Shown: positions 29,865 to 40,271 of the stretch, in pieces | Numbering within the stretch: the stretch's first letter is position 1 | Layout of the letters: every line of letters starts with the position of its first letter | Assembly (NCBI GenBank): GCA_964457555.1 | Contig: CAYWHA010000015.1 | Span: 7,834 to 71,833, forward strand | From: an uncultured Solibacteraceae bacterium | GTDB taxonomy: Bacteria; Acidobacteriota; Terriglobia; Bryobacterales; Bryobacteraceae | Reading direction: 5' to 3' | DNA: 64,000 nucleotides | Translations under genes and position numbers: made by a program | Notes under the pieces: generated by a model | The model's input: the letters and a program-made list of their open reading frames with translations, nothing else | Told to the model about the DNA's origin: nothing | Databases searched by the model: none

Positions 29865-31313
29865 TTACATATGCCCGTCGAACGAAAGCTCGTTGTCCCA
29901 TTCCGTGGTGGGCTCGAAGAGTCCGCCCTCGTGCAGATTCGCCCTGAGAACGTCCATGTTGATCTCAAAGCCCAGGCCCGGGCCGTCCGGCACCGCGAAG
30001 TATCCTCTGTCGATAATGGGATCGTTCGGCTTATCCGTCCTTCTCACCCGGTCGAGGAAATGCGGAACGTCGGCCATGTGGTACTCGCACGCCAGGAACT
30101 GATCGCCGGCGGCGGCGGCATGCGCACTGGCGAACAGCGTAATCGGGCCGTTGTTATTGTGAATACAGGATGCAACGCCGTACTGCGTGGCCAGGTCGAT
30201 GGCCTTCTTGGTCTCGAGAATGCCGCCGAGATTGGCCAGATCCGGGTGGATGACGGAGATAGCCTGCTTTTCCAGGAGTTCCCTGAAGCCCTCGGCCAGG
30301 TACACGTCCTCGCCGGTGCATATGGGCGTCGTGCAGGCGTCCTTGAGTCTCCGAAGCTGGTCGGGGTAGAACCACGGCACCACGTCTTCGTACCAGGCGA
30401 GGTTGTACTTATCCAGTCTGCGCGCGAACTTGATAAAGGTTTCAATGGGATAGTGACCGTAGTGGTCCGTGGCGATCGGAATCTCATAGCCCACAATACT
30501 GCGAACGGTTTCACAGTAGTCGGCCAGCCAATCCAGCGCTTTGTCGGTGAAAAACGTAGCAGTGAACGGGTGCTCGCCGTAGGGGTTATAGGCGCCCATC
30601 GGGATCTTAGCGCCAGCCGGCGCCGGCCTCGAATCGGCGAAGCCGCCCCACACCGGCCGGTTGGCCGTCGGGTCGGCGGCGGGGCGCGTATACATTCCCA
30701 CGGTGCTTCCCTGCGTGTGGGTGACCTCGTCTTCGCCGCCGGCATGCAGGTCCATCTTGCAGAAGGTCCAACCGGCCGCGATCCGTTCCTTCAAATGTTG
30801 GCCCATGGTTTCCCCAGTGGGTCTGCTGGTGGTGTCGCAGTACAGGCGGACACGGTCGCGCATCTTGCCGCCGAGCATCTGCCAGACGGGTACATTCCAG
30901 GCCTTGCCCGCCAGGTCCCAGCAGGCCACCTCGATGGCGGAAACACCGCCGCCATCGCAACCAAACCCTCCGTGCTTCTTGATCTTGCGGAATATCTCCG
31001 CAACGTTGCAGGGGTTCATTCCGATGATCCGGCTCTTCAAGATCAGGCCGTGCGCTTTGCTGCAATCGTAGCGGATCTCACCGTATCCGGAAATGCCCTG
31101 GTTGGTATCCAGGCGCATCAGCATGGACCGGTCCGAATGGGCAATGCGCATGTCGGTGATCTTCAATGCCGACGGACCTGAATTCGTGTTCACATTGCCG
31201 TTGATTTGCTCCAGGTCGGCGTTGGTGACCAGGCTGCCCGCGGCGACCGCCGTTGTGGCGGATGTCGTCCCGGCGATGAATGTCCTTCGGGAAACGTTGG
31301 GTTTCTGAAGCAC
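29865..31313 (-). CDS. Enolase-superfamily enzyme (mandelate racemase/sugar-acid dehydratase type) with Tat-like signal
   Basis: N-terminus MLQKPNVSRRTFIAGTTSATTAVAAGSLV. Then LKITDMRIAH...MRLDTNQGISGYGE (capping domain) and barrel motifs ATDHYGH, WYEDVVP and IHPDLANLGGI. Confidence 0.8.
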   Translation of the reverse strand: MLQKPNVSRRTFIAGTTSATTAVAAGSLVTNADLEQINGNVNTNSGPSALKITDMRIAHSDRSMLMRLDTNQGISGYGEIRYDCSKAHGLILKSRIIGMNPCNVAEIFRKIKKHGGFGCDGGGVSAIEVACWDLAGKAWNVPVWQMLGGKMRDRVRLYCDTTSRPTGETMGQHLKERIAAGWTFCKMDLHAGGEDEVTHTQGSTVGMYTRPAADPTANRPVWGGFADSRPAPAGAKIPMGAYNPYGEHPFTATFFTDKALDWLADYCETVRSIVGYEIPIATDHYGHYPIETFIKFARRLDKYNLAWYEDVVPWFYPDQLRRLKDACTTPICTGEDVYLAEGFRELLEKQAISVIHPDLANLGGILETKKAIDLATQYGVASCIHNNNGPITLFASAHAAAAGDQFLACEYHMADVPHFLDRVRRTDKPNDPIIDRGYFAVPDGPGLGFEINMDVLRANLHEGGLFEPTTEWDNELSFDGHM

Positions 31314-31565
31314 CGCAATCCTCCTTCCACGTTCTCTCTTCCAAGCCTCTCACGGCGTACTCATCTTCAACGATGAGGGACTGCCACGAATCGACAATCG
31401 CTCGTGACGTGGCAGGCGTATTCTGTAACACTTCAACATCAGCGGGCCCGCGGATGCAAGTCTCCCTCGATCATAGCGGCATCGGCTTCAGCAATAGACT
31501 CATCCGGCGCTGGCTGCGGTCCGGGGCCGCCGGCGGGCGGGCTTTCAGGCGGCTAAGATACGGTA

Positions 31566-34500
31566 ATGCACACACGTGTCAGAAAGAGTCTACTGCTCGT
31601 CATGTTGTTCAATGGCTTCGCTTCCGCCGCGTTCGCGGCATCGGCGATCGCCACACGCCTGGACGACCCCAAAGCGGTTTACCTGATTGCATCCGAATTC
31701 GGCGCGCACGCCGACGGGCTAGGCGACGACAGCGCTGCACTCCAGGCTGCCATCGACAAGGCTGAAAACAACGTTCGCGAAGGTATCCTTTTTGTACACT
31801 CAGGACGGTACCGGCTGACGCGCACCGTCTATGTATGGCCGGGGGTGCGCATCTTCGGGTACGGCGCAACGCGCCCCGTCTTCCTGCTGGCGGCCAACAC
31901 GCCGGGTTTTGAGAAAGGCGTTGGCGTGATGGTGATGTTCACCGGCGGGCGCCCCCGCACCGGGGGCCGAGGCTTCCGCGTACCGTTTCCGCCGCCGGAT
32001 AGCGTGCCGCCCAATAGCGCGATCTCCGACGCCGGCGCAGGCACCTTCTACTCGGCCATGAGCAACATCGATTTCGAGATCGGCGACGGCAACCCGGCCG
32101 CGGTCGCGGTCCGCTTCCACGTCGCCCAGCACGCTTATCTCAGCCACATGGATTTCCATATCGGCTCCGGTCTGGCCGCGCTCACCGAGATCGGCAATGA
32201 GGCCGAGGATCTGCGCTTCTATGGCGGGCGTTACGGCATTCTGACCGATAAGACCTCGCCCGCCTGGCAATTCACGCTGATCGATTCGGAGTTCCAGGGG
32301 CAGCGCGAGGCCGCGATTCGCGAGCACGAGGCCGGGCTTACGCTCCTTCGCGACACCTTCCGCGACGCGCCAAGCGCCATCGATATCGATCCGCAGTACT
32401 CCGACCAGGTGTGGGTCAAGGACAGCCGCTTCGAAAATATGTCGGGCGCGGCCGTGGTCATCAGCAACGAGAAGAGTCCGCTCACCGAGATCGGTTTTGA
32501 AAACGCCGTATTGAAGGACACGCCGGTTTTTGCGCTGCTCCGCGAGAGCGGGAAGAGGGTTGCCGGCAAAGGACCGATGTACCGGGTCAAGAGCTTCAAT
32601 TACGGGCTCATCGTGCCAGGCGAAGGGATGACCGGCGCCACCGGCATGCTCTACGACGCCGCGCCGCTGAGCGCCATGCCCGCGGCGCTGCCTCCGGCAA
32701 TCCCGGCGTTGCCGCCAGCCGAAGAGTGGGTGAACGTTCACTCATTGGGCGTCGCCGGAGACGGAACCACGAACGACACCGTTGCGATCCAAAAGGCAAT
32801 CGATCAGCATCGGGCGCTCTACTTTCCCAGCGGGCATTACGTTGTCAGCGACACGCTCACGTTGAAAACGGACACGGTACTCATCGGGCTGCACCCCACC
32901 ATGACTCAGTTCGACCTTCCCGATGGCACGCCCGCCTATCGGGGCGTGGGATCGCCTCGAGCCGTGATTTCCGGGCCTCCAGGCGGCTCGAATATCCTGA
33001 GCGGCTTCGGGGTTGATGCGGGCGGCATCAATCCTCGCGCTGTGGGCGTGCTGTGGCGCGCGGGGGCCGCTTCCTTGATCGACGATGTGCGGTTCCTGGG
33101 CGGTCACGGCAGCGGGACGAATCCCTATAACAACGATCACACGGCCGACCCCGATCTGCACAAACGCTGGGACGGGCAATATCCCAGTCTCTGGATCACG
33201 CAGGGCGGCGGCGGAACTTTTGCCGACATCTGGACACCGGACACCTTCGCTCAAGCGGGATTCTATGTCTCCGACACCAAAACGCCGGGCCATGTCTACG
33301 AGCTTTCCAACGAACATCACGTTCGCAATGAGATCAAATTCGATCACGTCGAGAACTGGGATGTCAACGCGCCGCAGACGGAAGAGGAGGCTGGCGAGAG
33401 TCCCGAGGCCTTATCGCTGGAATTAGATTGGTCGAAGAACATTACCATCGCTAACTACCACGCCTACCGCGTCACACGCTCGCGCGTGCCGTTTCCCGCC
33501 GCGATCCGTCTCTATCACTCGTCGGACATACGCTTCCGCAATGTTTATGTCAACGCCGAAAGCGGATACTCGACATGCGACCAAAACGGCTGCGGGACCT
33601 TTCTGCGCGTCAGCAAATATCCCTATGATAATTTCATTGAGGATATGACCCATCATCTCGAGACGCGCGAACGGCTGTTTGCCGTGCTCGATGTTCCCTC
33701 CGCGCCGCCCGCGCCAGTCCCCGGCGACGCTTCCGCCTTGCTGGAGCCAGGCGCGAGAGTCCGGAAGCTGGAGGAAGGATTCTTTTCCATCGCCGGCGCG
33801 GCCGTGGATGCTTCCGGCAAGCTCTATTTCGTCGATCGCCATGAGCAGCGGATCTATGGCTGGTCGGCGGCCGAAGGACTCACCATCGAGCGCGATAACC
33901 CGCTGGACGCCGTGAACCTGGCGTTCGACAAGGCGGGTGACCTGTTGGCGCTCTCTTCTGCCGGACCGGAGGGAACGGTGTATTCCTTCCGTCCCGGATC
34001 GTCCAAGGACCAGATCGCCACGCTGACGCCTGCGGAAACCAAACCGCGGCCGGGCGCGCGGGCCGTTCTGCCTGGCAATTACTGGAACAACGGCGAGTTC
34101 AAAACGCAGTTGGACTTCGACACGTTTGTCTACAAGACACTGGCGCAGATGTTCGCTGAAGATGTCACGACCCCGGCAGCCAGGCAATACGTCTCGCCGG
34201 ACGGGAGTATCTTCCTGCCCGCGGGGCGCGTGTTCCAGCAGGGCGCGGCGGACTCCACCGACGGCTGGCGGTTCTCCGATAATCTCGACGCTTATGGCTT
34301 CGTCACTGCCCTTCCCGGCGAACATATCTATGTCAGCAGCACGTCGGAAGACGCCACTTACAGAGCGGCGGTGAACGCCGACGGCTCGCTCGGCGATTTG
34401 CAGCTCTTTGCGAACCGCGGCGGCGAGAGCGTCGCCGCCGACGTGAAAGGCAATGTTTATGTCGCCAACGGACAGATCTTCGTTTACGACCGTGGCGGCA

Positions 34501-34622
34501 GGCAGATCGGGCGGATCGACGTGCCCGAACGTCCGATCGATATCGTCTTCGGGGGCGCCGATCGCCGCACCCTGTTCATTCTTGCCCACCATGCGCTCTT
34601 CGCGGTGAGGGTGCGCATGTGA
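31566..34622 (+). CDS. Secreted multidomain protein: two pectate-lyase-3/GH55-like beta-helix modules plus a C-terminal SMP-30/gluconolactonase/LRE-like beta-propeller
   Basis: Signal peptide. FGAHADGLGDDSAALQAAIDKA and a second copy LGVAGDGTTNDTVAIQKAIDQHRALYFPSGHY (Pectate_lyase_3-type N-caps). C-terminal SGKLYFVDRHEQRIYGWS...GNVYVANGQIFVYD is SGL-like. Confidence 0.7.
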   Translation: MHTRVRKSLLLVMLFNGFASAAFAASAIATRLDDPKAVYLIASEFGAHADGLGDDSAALQAAIDKAENNVREGILFVHSGRYRLTRTVYVWPGVRIFGYGATRPVFLLAANTPGFEKGVGVMVMFTGGRPRTGGRGFRVPFPPPDSVPPNSAISDAGAGTFYSAMSNIDFEIGDGNPAAVAVRFHVAQHAYLSHMDFHIGSGLAALTEIGNEAEDLRFYGGRYGILTDKTSPAWQFTLIDSEFQGQREAAIREHEAGLTLLRDTFRDAPSAIDIDPQYSDQVWVKDSRFENMSGAAVVISNEKSPLTEIGFENAVLKDTPVFALLRESGKRVAGKGPMYRVKSFNYGLIVPGEGMTGATGMLYDAAPLSAMPAALPPAIPALPPAEEWVNVHSLGVAGDGTTNDTVAIQKAIDQHRALYFPSGHYVVSDTLTLKTDTVLIGLHPTMTQFDLPDGTPAYRGVGSPRAVISGPPGGSNILSGFGVDAGGINPRAVGVLWRAGAASLIDDVRFLGGHGSGTNPYNNDHTADPDLHKRWDGQYPSLWITQGGGGTFADIWTPDTFAQAGFYVSDTKTPGHVYELSNEHHVRNEIKFDHVENWDVNAPQTEEEAGESPEALSLELDWSKNITIANYHAYRVTRSRVPFPAAIRLYHSSDIRFRNVYVNAESGYSTCDQNGCGTFLRVSKYPYDNFIEDMTHHLETRERLFAVLDVPSAPPAPVPGDASALLEPGARVRKLEEGFFSIAGAAVDASGKLYFVDRHEQRIYGWSAAEGLTIERDNPLDAVNLAFDKAGDLLALSSAGPEGTVYSFRPGSSKDQIATLTPAETKPRPGARAVLPGNYWNNGEFKTQLDFDTFVYKTLAQMFAEDVTTPAARQYVSPDGSIFLPAGRVFQQGAADSTDGWRFSDNLDAYGFVTALPGEHIYVSSTSEDATYRAAVNADGSLGDLQLFANRGGESVAADVKGNVYVANGQIFVYDRGGRQIGRIDVPERPIDIVFGGADRRTLFILAHHALFAVRVRM

Positions 34623-34698
34623 ACGGCTCCCATTGTGCCACGCGCGCCCGGGCCATACAATGAGCTTTCGAAACTCCGAGATCTTACAAGGAGCCGAC

Positions 34699-37029
34699 AT
34701 GTCCGCGCATCGCGTTCTTGCCGCAGTCTTCGCGTCCGTCATGATTGCCTTGGCCCTCCTGATCCCCGCCACCGCCCAGAGCCCGGCCGGCAAGTCCGGC
34801 CCGCTGCCATATGCCTGGAAGAGCGTCCAAATTGTGGGCGGCGGTTTTGTGGACGGCTTTATCTTCCATCCCACCGCCAAGGGCGTGCGCTACGCCCGTA
34901 CCGATATGGGCGGCGCCTACCGCTGGAACGGTCAGACCAAGCGCTGGGAGCCGTTGCTCGATTGGGTGTCGTACGAGGACTCCAACCTGATGGGCGTGGA
35001 GAGCATTGCGGTAGATCCTTCCGATCCGAATCGCGTGTACCTGGCCTGCGGCACGTATACCAATGCCAATACGCCCAACGGCGCCATCCTGCGCTCGAGC
35101 GACCGCGGCAAGACGTTCGAACGGACCAACGTGCCTTTCAAGTTCGGCGGCAACGAAGACGGGCGCGGCAACGGCGAACGCATGACGGTGGATCCGAACG
35201 ATGGCAAAGTCCTCTATCTTGGCACGCGCCAGACCGGCCTGTGGAGAAGCACGGACGGCGCGGTGACATGGAGCAAGGTGGAGAGCTTTCCCGACGTGAC
35301 CGAAGCGCCGCCCGCCGGTGGAGCGCCCGCGGGAGCTCCCGGACAACCCGGTCGAGGCGTACGCGGCGATGGAATCGTGGTTACGCTGGTCGATCCCCGC
35401 AGCGGCTCGAAGGGCAGGACCAGCTCCATCATTTACGCCGCCGTCTCCCTGATGGGCCGCGATAACCTGTTCCGCAGCACGGACGCCGGGAAAACCTGGC
35501 AGCCCGTGCCCGGCCAGCCCACCCAGTACCGGCCTACTCACATGGTGATGGCATCCGATGGCACGCTCTACCTTTCCTACGGCACGGCGCCCGGACCGAG
35601 CCGCATGACTGCCGGCGGCGTCTGGAAGTTCGATGCCAAGTCCGGCGCGTGGACCGAGATCACGCCGGTGAAGCCCGACGCCTCGAAGAACGAATCGTTC
35701 GGATGGGCCGCGGTCGCCATGGATGCGCACAATCCCAACGCGGCCATTGCCAGTACTTTCGGCCGGATGAACGGCGCCGGCGGCGAGGACGACATGTTCC
35801 GCACCATCGACGGCGGCAAGACCTGGAAGGCGGTGTTCGGCGGAGGAGGCGGCGGCGCGTTCGATTTCAGCCTGGCGCCGTATACCGCCACCACTCCCAT
35901 CCACTGGATGTTCGATATTGAGATCGATCCGGCGGACTCCGAACACGCCATGTTCACGACCGGGTACGGCGGCTGGGAGACTTTCAACCTCACCGATCTG
36001 GATGCCGGCAAGCCCACCAAGTGGAGCATCATGGCCCCCGGCATCGAACAGACGGCGGTGCTCGATATGGTCAGCCCAACCCAGGGCGCGCACCTGCTCA
36101 GCGCGATTGGGGACTACGGCGGGTTCGTGCATTGGGACCTCGACAAGCGGGCGCCGGAAGGGGCTTCCAGCCCGCCGGTGTTCAACAACACGAGCGGGAT
36201 TGCCTGCGGCGCCGGCAAGCCCGAGGTGATCGTACGGGTGGGCGTGTGCTCGCACCACCACCTGCCAGGCTTCAACATCAGCTATTCGCTCGACAGCGGC
36301 AAGACCTGGCAGCCGCCGGCCACCCAGCCTGCAACCGGGCAGCAGGGAGGAAGAGGGCCGAGCACGGGAGACGTCGCGGTTTCTTCCGACGCCGCTACCT
36401 GGGTTTGGATTCCGCGTGGCAGTCCCGCGTTCTTCACCACGGACAAAGGCGCCACGTGGACCGAGTCCAAGGGCGTGCCCAACGGCACGCGCATCATTGC
36501 GGACAGCGTGAACGCGAAGAAATTCTACGGCATGTCGCTGCTTGAAGGCAGGCTCTTCCTCAGCGCGGACGGCGGCGCCACCTTCGTCGAGCAGCCATTT
36601 ACGTTACCCGGCGGTCTGCCCACGCGTGGCGCCGGCCGCACCGATGGCGGCGGCGGCCAGGGCCATCTCTACGCCACCCCGGGCAGGGAAGGCGACATCT
36701 GGCTGGGCGCAGCGGGTGGCCTCTACCACTCCACCGACGCAGGCAGGACCTTCACCAGAATGGAGGGAGTCACCGAACTGCACGGCTTCGGTTTCGGCAA
36801 AGCCGCACCCGGCGCCAGCGACCCGGCCCTATACATGGCCGGGGTCGCAAACGGCCTGCACGGCATCCTCCGCTCGGACGATTGGGGGCGCACCTGGACG
36901 CGCATCAACGACGACCAGCACCAGTGGGGCCTGGTGACGCAAGTTACCGGCGACCCCAAGCTCTACGGCCGGGTTTATGTAGGCACGTTCGGCCGGGGTA
37001 TCCTGTACGGCGATCCCGTGCGGAAATAG
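34699..37029 (+). CDS. GH74-type xyloglucanase / BNR-repeat double beta-propeller glycoside hydrolase
   Basis: ORF 34633..37029 trimmed to ATG 34699, preceded by AAGGAG (34688-34693). Signal peptide MSAHRVLAAVFASVMIALALLIPATAQ. VQIVGGGFVDGFIFHPT...ARTDMGGAYRW and several S-x-D-x-G-K-T-W BNR motifs (SSDRGKTF, STDGAVTW, STDAGKTW, TIDGGKTW, SLDSGKTW, SDDWGRTW). Confidence 0.85.
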   Translation: MSAHRVLAAVFASVMIALALLIPATAQSPAGKSGPLPYAWKSVQIVGGGFVDGFIFHPTAKGVRYARTDMGGAYRWNGQTKRWEPLLDWVSYEDSNLMGVESIAVDPSDPNRVYLACGTYTNANTPNGAILRSSDRGKTFERTNVPFKFGGNEDGRGNGERMTVDPNDGKVLYLGTRQTGLWRSTDGAVTWSKVESFPDVTEAPPAGGAPAGAPGQPGRGVRGDGIVVTLVDPRSGSKGRTSSIIYAAVSLMGRDNLFRSTDAGKTWQPVPGQPTQYRPTHMVMASDGTLYLSYGTAPGPSRMTAGGVWKFDAKSGAWTEITPVKPDASKNESFGWAAVAMDAHNPNAAIASTFGRMNGAGGEDDMFRTIDGGKTWKAVFGGGGGGAFDFSLAPYTATTPIHWMFDIEIDPADSEHAMFTTGYGGWETFNLTDLDAGKPTKWSIMAPGIEQTAVLDMVSPTQGAHLLSAIGDYGGFVHWDLDKRAPEGASSPPVFNNTSGIACGAGKPEVIVRVGVCSHHHLPGFNISYSLDSGKTWQPPATQPATGQQGGRGPSTGDVAVSSDAATWVWIPRGSPAFFTTDKGATWTESKGVPNGTRIIADSVNAKKFYGMSLLEGRLFLSADGGATFVEQPFTLPGGLPTRGAGRTDGGGGQGHLYATPGREGDIWLGAAGGLYHSTDAGRTFTRMEGVTELHGFGFGKAAPGASDPALYMAGVANGLHGILRSDDWGRTWTRINDDQHQWGLVTQVTGDPKLYGRVYVGTFGRGILYGDPVRK

Positions 37030-37101
37030 GGGTGAGCGCGCGATCGGTTGGGCGTATAATCGACACCGGGCCAGGGGTACTGGCGGAAAAGGTATCCGAT
37101 C

Positions 37102-38343
37102 ATGCAGCGAAGAACGTTTCTGCATACACTATTGGCGGGCGCCGGAGGCGCCGCTCTCGGCGGAAAGGTGGCCCGCGCGGCCCTGCCGAAGATGAAAATC
37201 ACCCGTGTCCGCTACTATTCTCCTGGCGCGCAAGGGCGCGCCGGGGCTCCGAGCCTCACCTCAACTGCAAACGTCATCTGTATTGACACCGATGCTGGCA
37301 TTACGGGAATCGGCGAAGGCGGAACGAAGGACACGCTGGAACACTGCGCCTCCGCGCTCATCGGCCAAGACCCCGGCAGGATTGATGCTCTCTGGCAAAA
37401 CATGTTTCGCGGGGCCTTCTACCCCACGGGCCTCGAGAAACTGCATGCGCTTGGCGGTCTTGATATGGCTTTGTGGGACATCAAGGGAAAAGCGCTGGGC
37501 GTGCCGGTTTACGCGCTTCTGGGCGGTCCCACACGCGACTTGTGCGAGTGCTACGGCGGCGGCCCGGCAAGGACCACGATCCGTGAGGCAGCCCGCGCAT
37601 GCATGGAAGCCGGTTTCAAAGCCTTCCGGACCGAGGTAATCGGCCCAGGACTTTCCGAGACGGGAACGAGTTCACGCGGGTCCAAGGACTGGAACCCGCA
37701 CCAGGCGGTGCTGGCCACCTTCAAGCGCTGCCAGGAAGTTCGCGAGGGTGTGGGGGAAGAGGGCGACTTTATTTGCGATTTCCACGGCAAGCTGGACATG
37801 CCCGACGCCGTCACGCTCGCCAATATGCTCGAACCTTTGCGGCCCTATTTTTGCGAGGACCTGGTTCGGAACGAGGCCCTTCCCCTGTACAGGACCATAC
37901 GACAAATGGTCAAAGTGCCACTCGCAACAGGGAATGCGGGCAAGCTTGAGATCAAAGAACTGATCGAGGAACAGTTGATCGATTACGCGCGCGTGAGGCT
38001 CCCGAACTGCGGCGGAATCACGGAGTACATGAAGATTGCCAGCATGTGCGAGACGCACTTTGCGGGGTTGATCCCAGAAGGCACCGGACCGATTTCCACC
38101 GCCGCGGAGGTGCATGTCGCCGCCGCTACAAGCGTGCCATTCCTGTTGCAGGTTAGCGGCGCCTCCACGCGGCCTTACCTGCCTCAGTGCTATGACTTCC
38201 GTCAAGGCAAGGTCTATGTGAATGAGCGGCCTGGTCTGGGCGTCGAGTTCGATCCCAAAGAGGCGACTCCGATCGCGGAAGTGACTCAGCCCGGAAATCT
38301 CGGAGGCATGTTCCGCCCAGACGGGTCATATACGAACTGGTAG
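37102..38343 (+). CDS. Enolase-superfamily enzyme (mandelate racemase/galactonate dehydratase type) with Tat-like signal
   Basis: N-terminus MQRRTFLHTLLAGAGGAALGGKVARA. Then MKITRVRYY...IDTDAGITGIGEGG, LDMALWDIKGKALGVPVYALLGG, DFHGKL and FCEDLV. Confidence 0.8.
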   Translation: MQRRTFLHTLLAGAGGAALGGKVARAALPKMKITRVRYYSPGAQGRAGAPSLTSTANVICIDTDAGITGIGEGGTKDTLEHCASALIGQDPGRIDALWQNMFRGAFYPTGLEKLHALGGLDMALWDIKGKALGVPVYALLGGPTRDLCECYGGGPARTTIREAARACMEAGFKAFRTEVIGPGLSETGTSSRGSKDWNPHQAVLATFKRCQEVREGVGEEGDFICDFHGKLDMPDAVTLANMLEPLRPYFCEDLVRNEALPLYRTIRQMVKVPLATGNAGKLEIKELIEEQLIDYARVRLPNCGGITEYMKIASMCETHFAGLIPEGTGPISTAAEVHVAAATSVPFLLQVSGASTRPYLPQCYDFRQGKVYVNERPGLGVEFDPKEATPIAEVTQPGNLGGMFRPDGSYTNW

Positions 38344-38469
38344 GCCGCAATTCCAGCGTTTGCGAACCATGTAAGCTGATACTTAGCCGCGGCCGGGGCT
38401 CCGGCGCGATGGCTGCATCGGGATGGAGAGCCTTCTCGCCCGCCCTGAAGCAGGAGGAGTGCCCAAGAG

Positions 38470-40209
38470 ATGAACATCACTTCCGCAGTGTTGTGCTCCG
38501 CGCTGGCCGTTGTTGCCGCCGCGACGCTCCAGGCCCAGGCCGGCGTCCATCCGCTGCCGCGCATCGTCGAGAAGAACGGACGCTTCGCCCTGTTCGTAGA
38601 CGACGCCCCATTTCTGGTCATGGGCATCGAGGATCTGACCATGGGCGACTGGCCCCCGCGGCCAACCGTGTGGCCCGCCCTGGAGTACATGGGCGTCAAC
38701 ACCGTCGAGATACCTGTTTACTGGGAGGATTTTGAACCGCAGCCCGGACAGTACGACTATGCGGCGATCGACAGGCTCCTGGCCGACGCTCGCAAGCACG
38801 GCGTTAGCCTCGTCCCGCTCTGGTTCGGGACCTACAAGAACGGCCATCCGCACTATATGCCCGACTGGATGAAGCTGGACCCCGTCCGCTATCCGCACGC
38901 GCTCGACCGGAACGGCCAGGCAGTGGACTCGCCTTCACCCTTCGCGGCCGCTTCGCTCGAGGCCGACAAGCGCGCCTTTGCCACTCTGCTCGGACACCTG
39001 AAGGAAGTCGATCCACAGCGCACCGTGATCATGGCGCAGGTGGAGAATGAGACCGGCAACTGGAACTCGGTTCGCGATTACTCCCCGGCCGCGCAGCAGC
39101 ACTTTGCAGCGTCCGTTCCACCCGAGGTGCTTAAGGCTATGCATGTGGGCGCCACTTCTCCGCCTCCAAACTGGGAGCAGGCTTTTGGTCCCGATGCGGA
39201 CGAGTACTTCAACGCCTGGGCCGTCGCCAGGTATGTGGGGCAGGTGGCCGAGGCGGGAAAGGCCGTTTATCCGTTACCCATGGTGGCCAACGCGGCCCTG
39301 CGCGACCCGTTGCACCCCGGTCCCGCCGGACTGCCCGGCGCACCCGGCGCCTATGAGAGCGGTGGCCCCACTGACAACGTGCTGGGCATCTGGAAAGCCG
39401 CGGCGCCGGCCATCGATATTCTGGGGCCCGACGATTACCAGAACAATCCCGCCGCTTATCTGAAAGCTCTCGATCTGTATCACCGCAGCGACAATCCGTT
39501 GTACCTGCCGGAGACCGGTTGTCCCAACTGCGCCCGCTTCTTCTTCGCGGGCCTTGGCCTGCAGAGCATAGGATTCTCAGCCGCCACCGATGTGACCGCT
39601 CCGGCCCTCCTGGGCGCTCAAGCCGGAATCCAGGCCGCGCAGGCAGGCAATCCCGGCGCGTGGGAAACCTATAAGCCGATGGATGACTTCCTGACGTCCT
39701 GGGGGATGAACTTCCGATTGATCGGTCCCATGCAGCGCGAGATTGCCCGGCTCAATTTCGAAGGCAAGCTCCAGGCCGTGGCGGAAGAGGAGGGACGGGC
39801 AACGGAGATTCTGCCTTTCGGAAGCTGGAATGCCGAGGTCACGTTCGGCGCGGCGCGCCGCGGCTCCACGCCGGCGGCGAATCCGGCTCCGGCCGGGCGC
39901 ATGCTGGTGGCGCAGCTTGCCGACAACCAGTTCCTGGTGACGGGATACGATTGCCGCATCGACTTCCGTCCGGCCGGCACGGAGCAGCAAAAAAAGTCGC
40001 AGCACATCATCCCGGGAACCGATGAGACGCCGTCGGCTCTGATCGACGGCAAATGGCAGCACCGCCAGTTTCTCCGCCTCGAGCAGGTGACCTGGGAGAA
40101 CGGCGCCTTCAGGCACGTTCGCACGTGGGGCGGACGGGGTGGTGAGACGAACGGCCTCTACTTTGGCGAGGCGCCGGTCGTGTTGCGCGTCTCGCTCACG
40201 ACCTATTAG
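38470..40209 (+). CDS. Secreted clan GH-A beta-galactosidase-like glycoside hydrolase (GH35/GH42-like, DUF5597-type)
   Basis: Signal peptide MNITSAVLCSALAVVAAATLQAQA. Motifs PLWFGTYKNG and MAQVENETG. Collinear with 1745..3442. Confidence 0.8.
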   Translation: MNITSAVLCSALAVVAAATLQAQAGVHPLPRIVEKNGRFALFVDDAPFLVMGIEDLTMGDWPPRPTVWPALEYMGVNTVEIPVYWEDFEPQPGQYDYAAIDRLLADARKHGVSLVPLWFGTYKNGHPHYMPDWMKLDPVRYPHALDRNGQAVDSPSPFAAASLEADKRAFATLLGHLKEVDPQRTVIMAQVENETGNWNSVRDYSPAAQQHFAASVPPEVLKAMHVGATSPPPNWEQAFGPDADEYFNAWAVARYVGQVAEAGKAVYPLPMVANAALRDPLHPGPAGLPGAPGAYESGGPTDNVLGIWKAAAPAIDILGPDDYQNNPAAYLKALDLYHRSDNPLYLPETGCPNCARFFFAGLGLQSIGFSAATDVTAPALLGAQAGIQAAQAGNPGAWETYKPMDDFLTSWGMNFRLIGPMQREIARLNFEGKLQAVAEEEGRATEILPFGSWNAEVTFGAARRGSTPAANPAPAGRMLVAQLADNQFLVTGYDCRIDFRPAGTEQQKKSQHIIPGTDETPSALIDGKWQHRQFLRLEQVTWENGAFRHVRTWGGRGGETNGLYFGEAPVVLRVSLTTY

Positions 40210-40271
40210 ATTAGAGGACGCGCCCAGCCTCCTTTAGTGCGGGAAACGCAAGTGCGCATCGAGCGGAACGA

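Noticed and set aside
37055-37060. Perfect TATAAT hexamer about 40 nt upstream of the enolase-superfamily gene start (37102)
   Set aside because: No convincing -35 element at 16-19 bp spacing and no extended -10. A single hexamer is not enough, and promoter consensus in this lineage is unknown to me.
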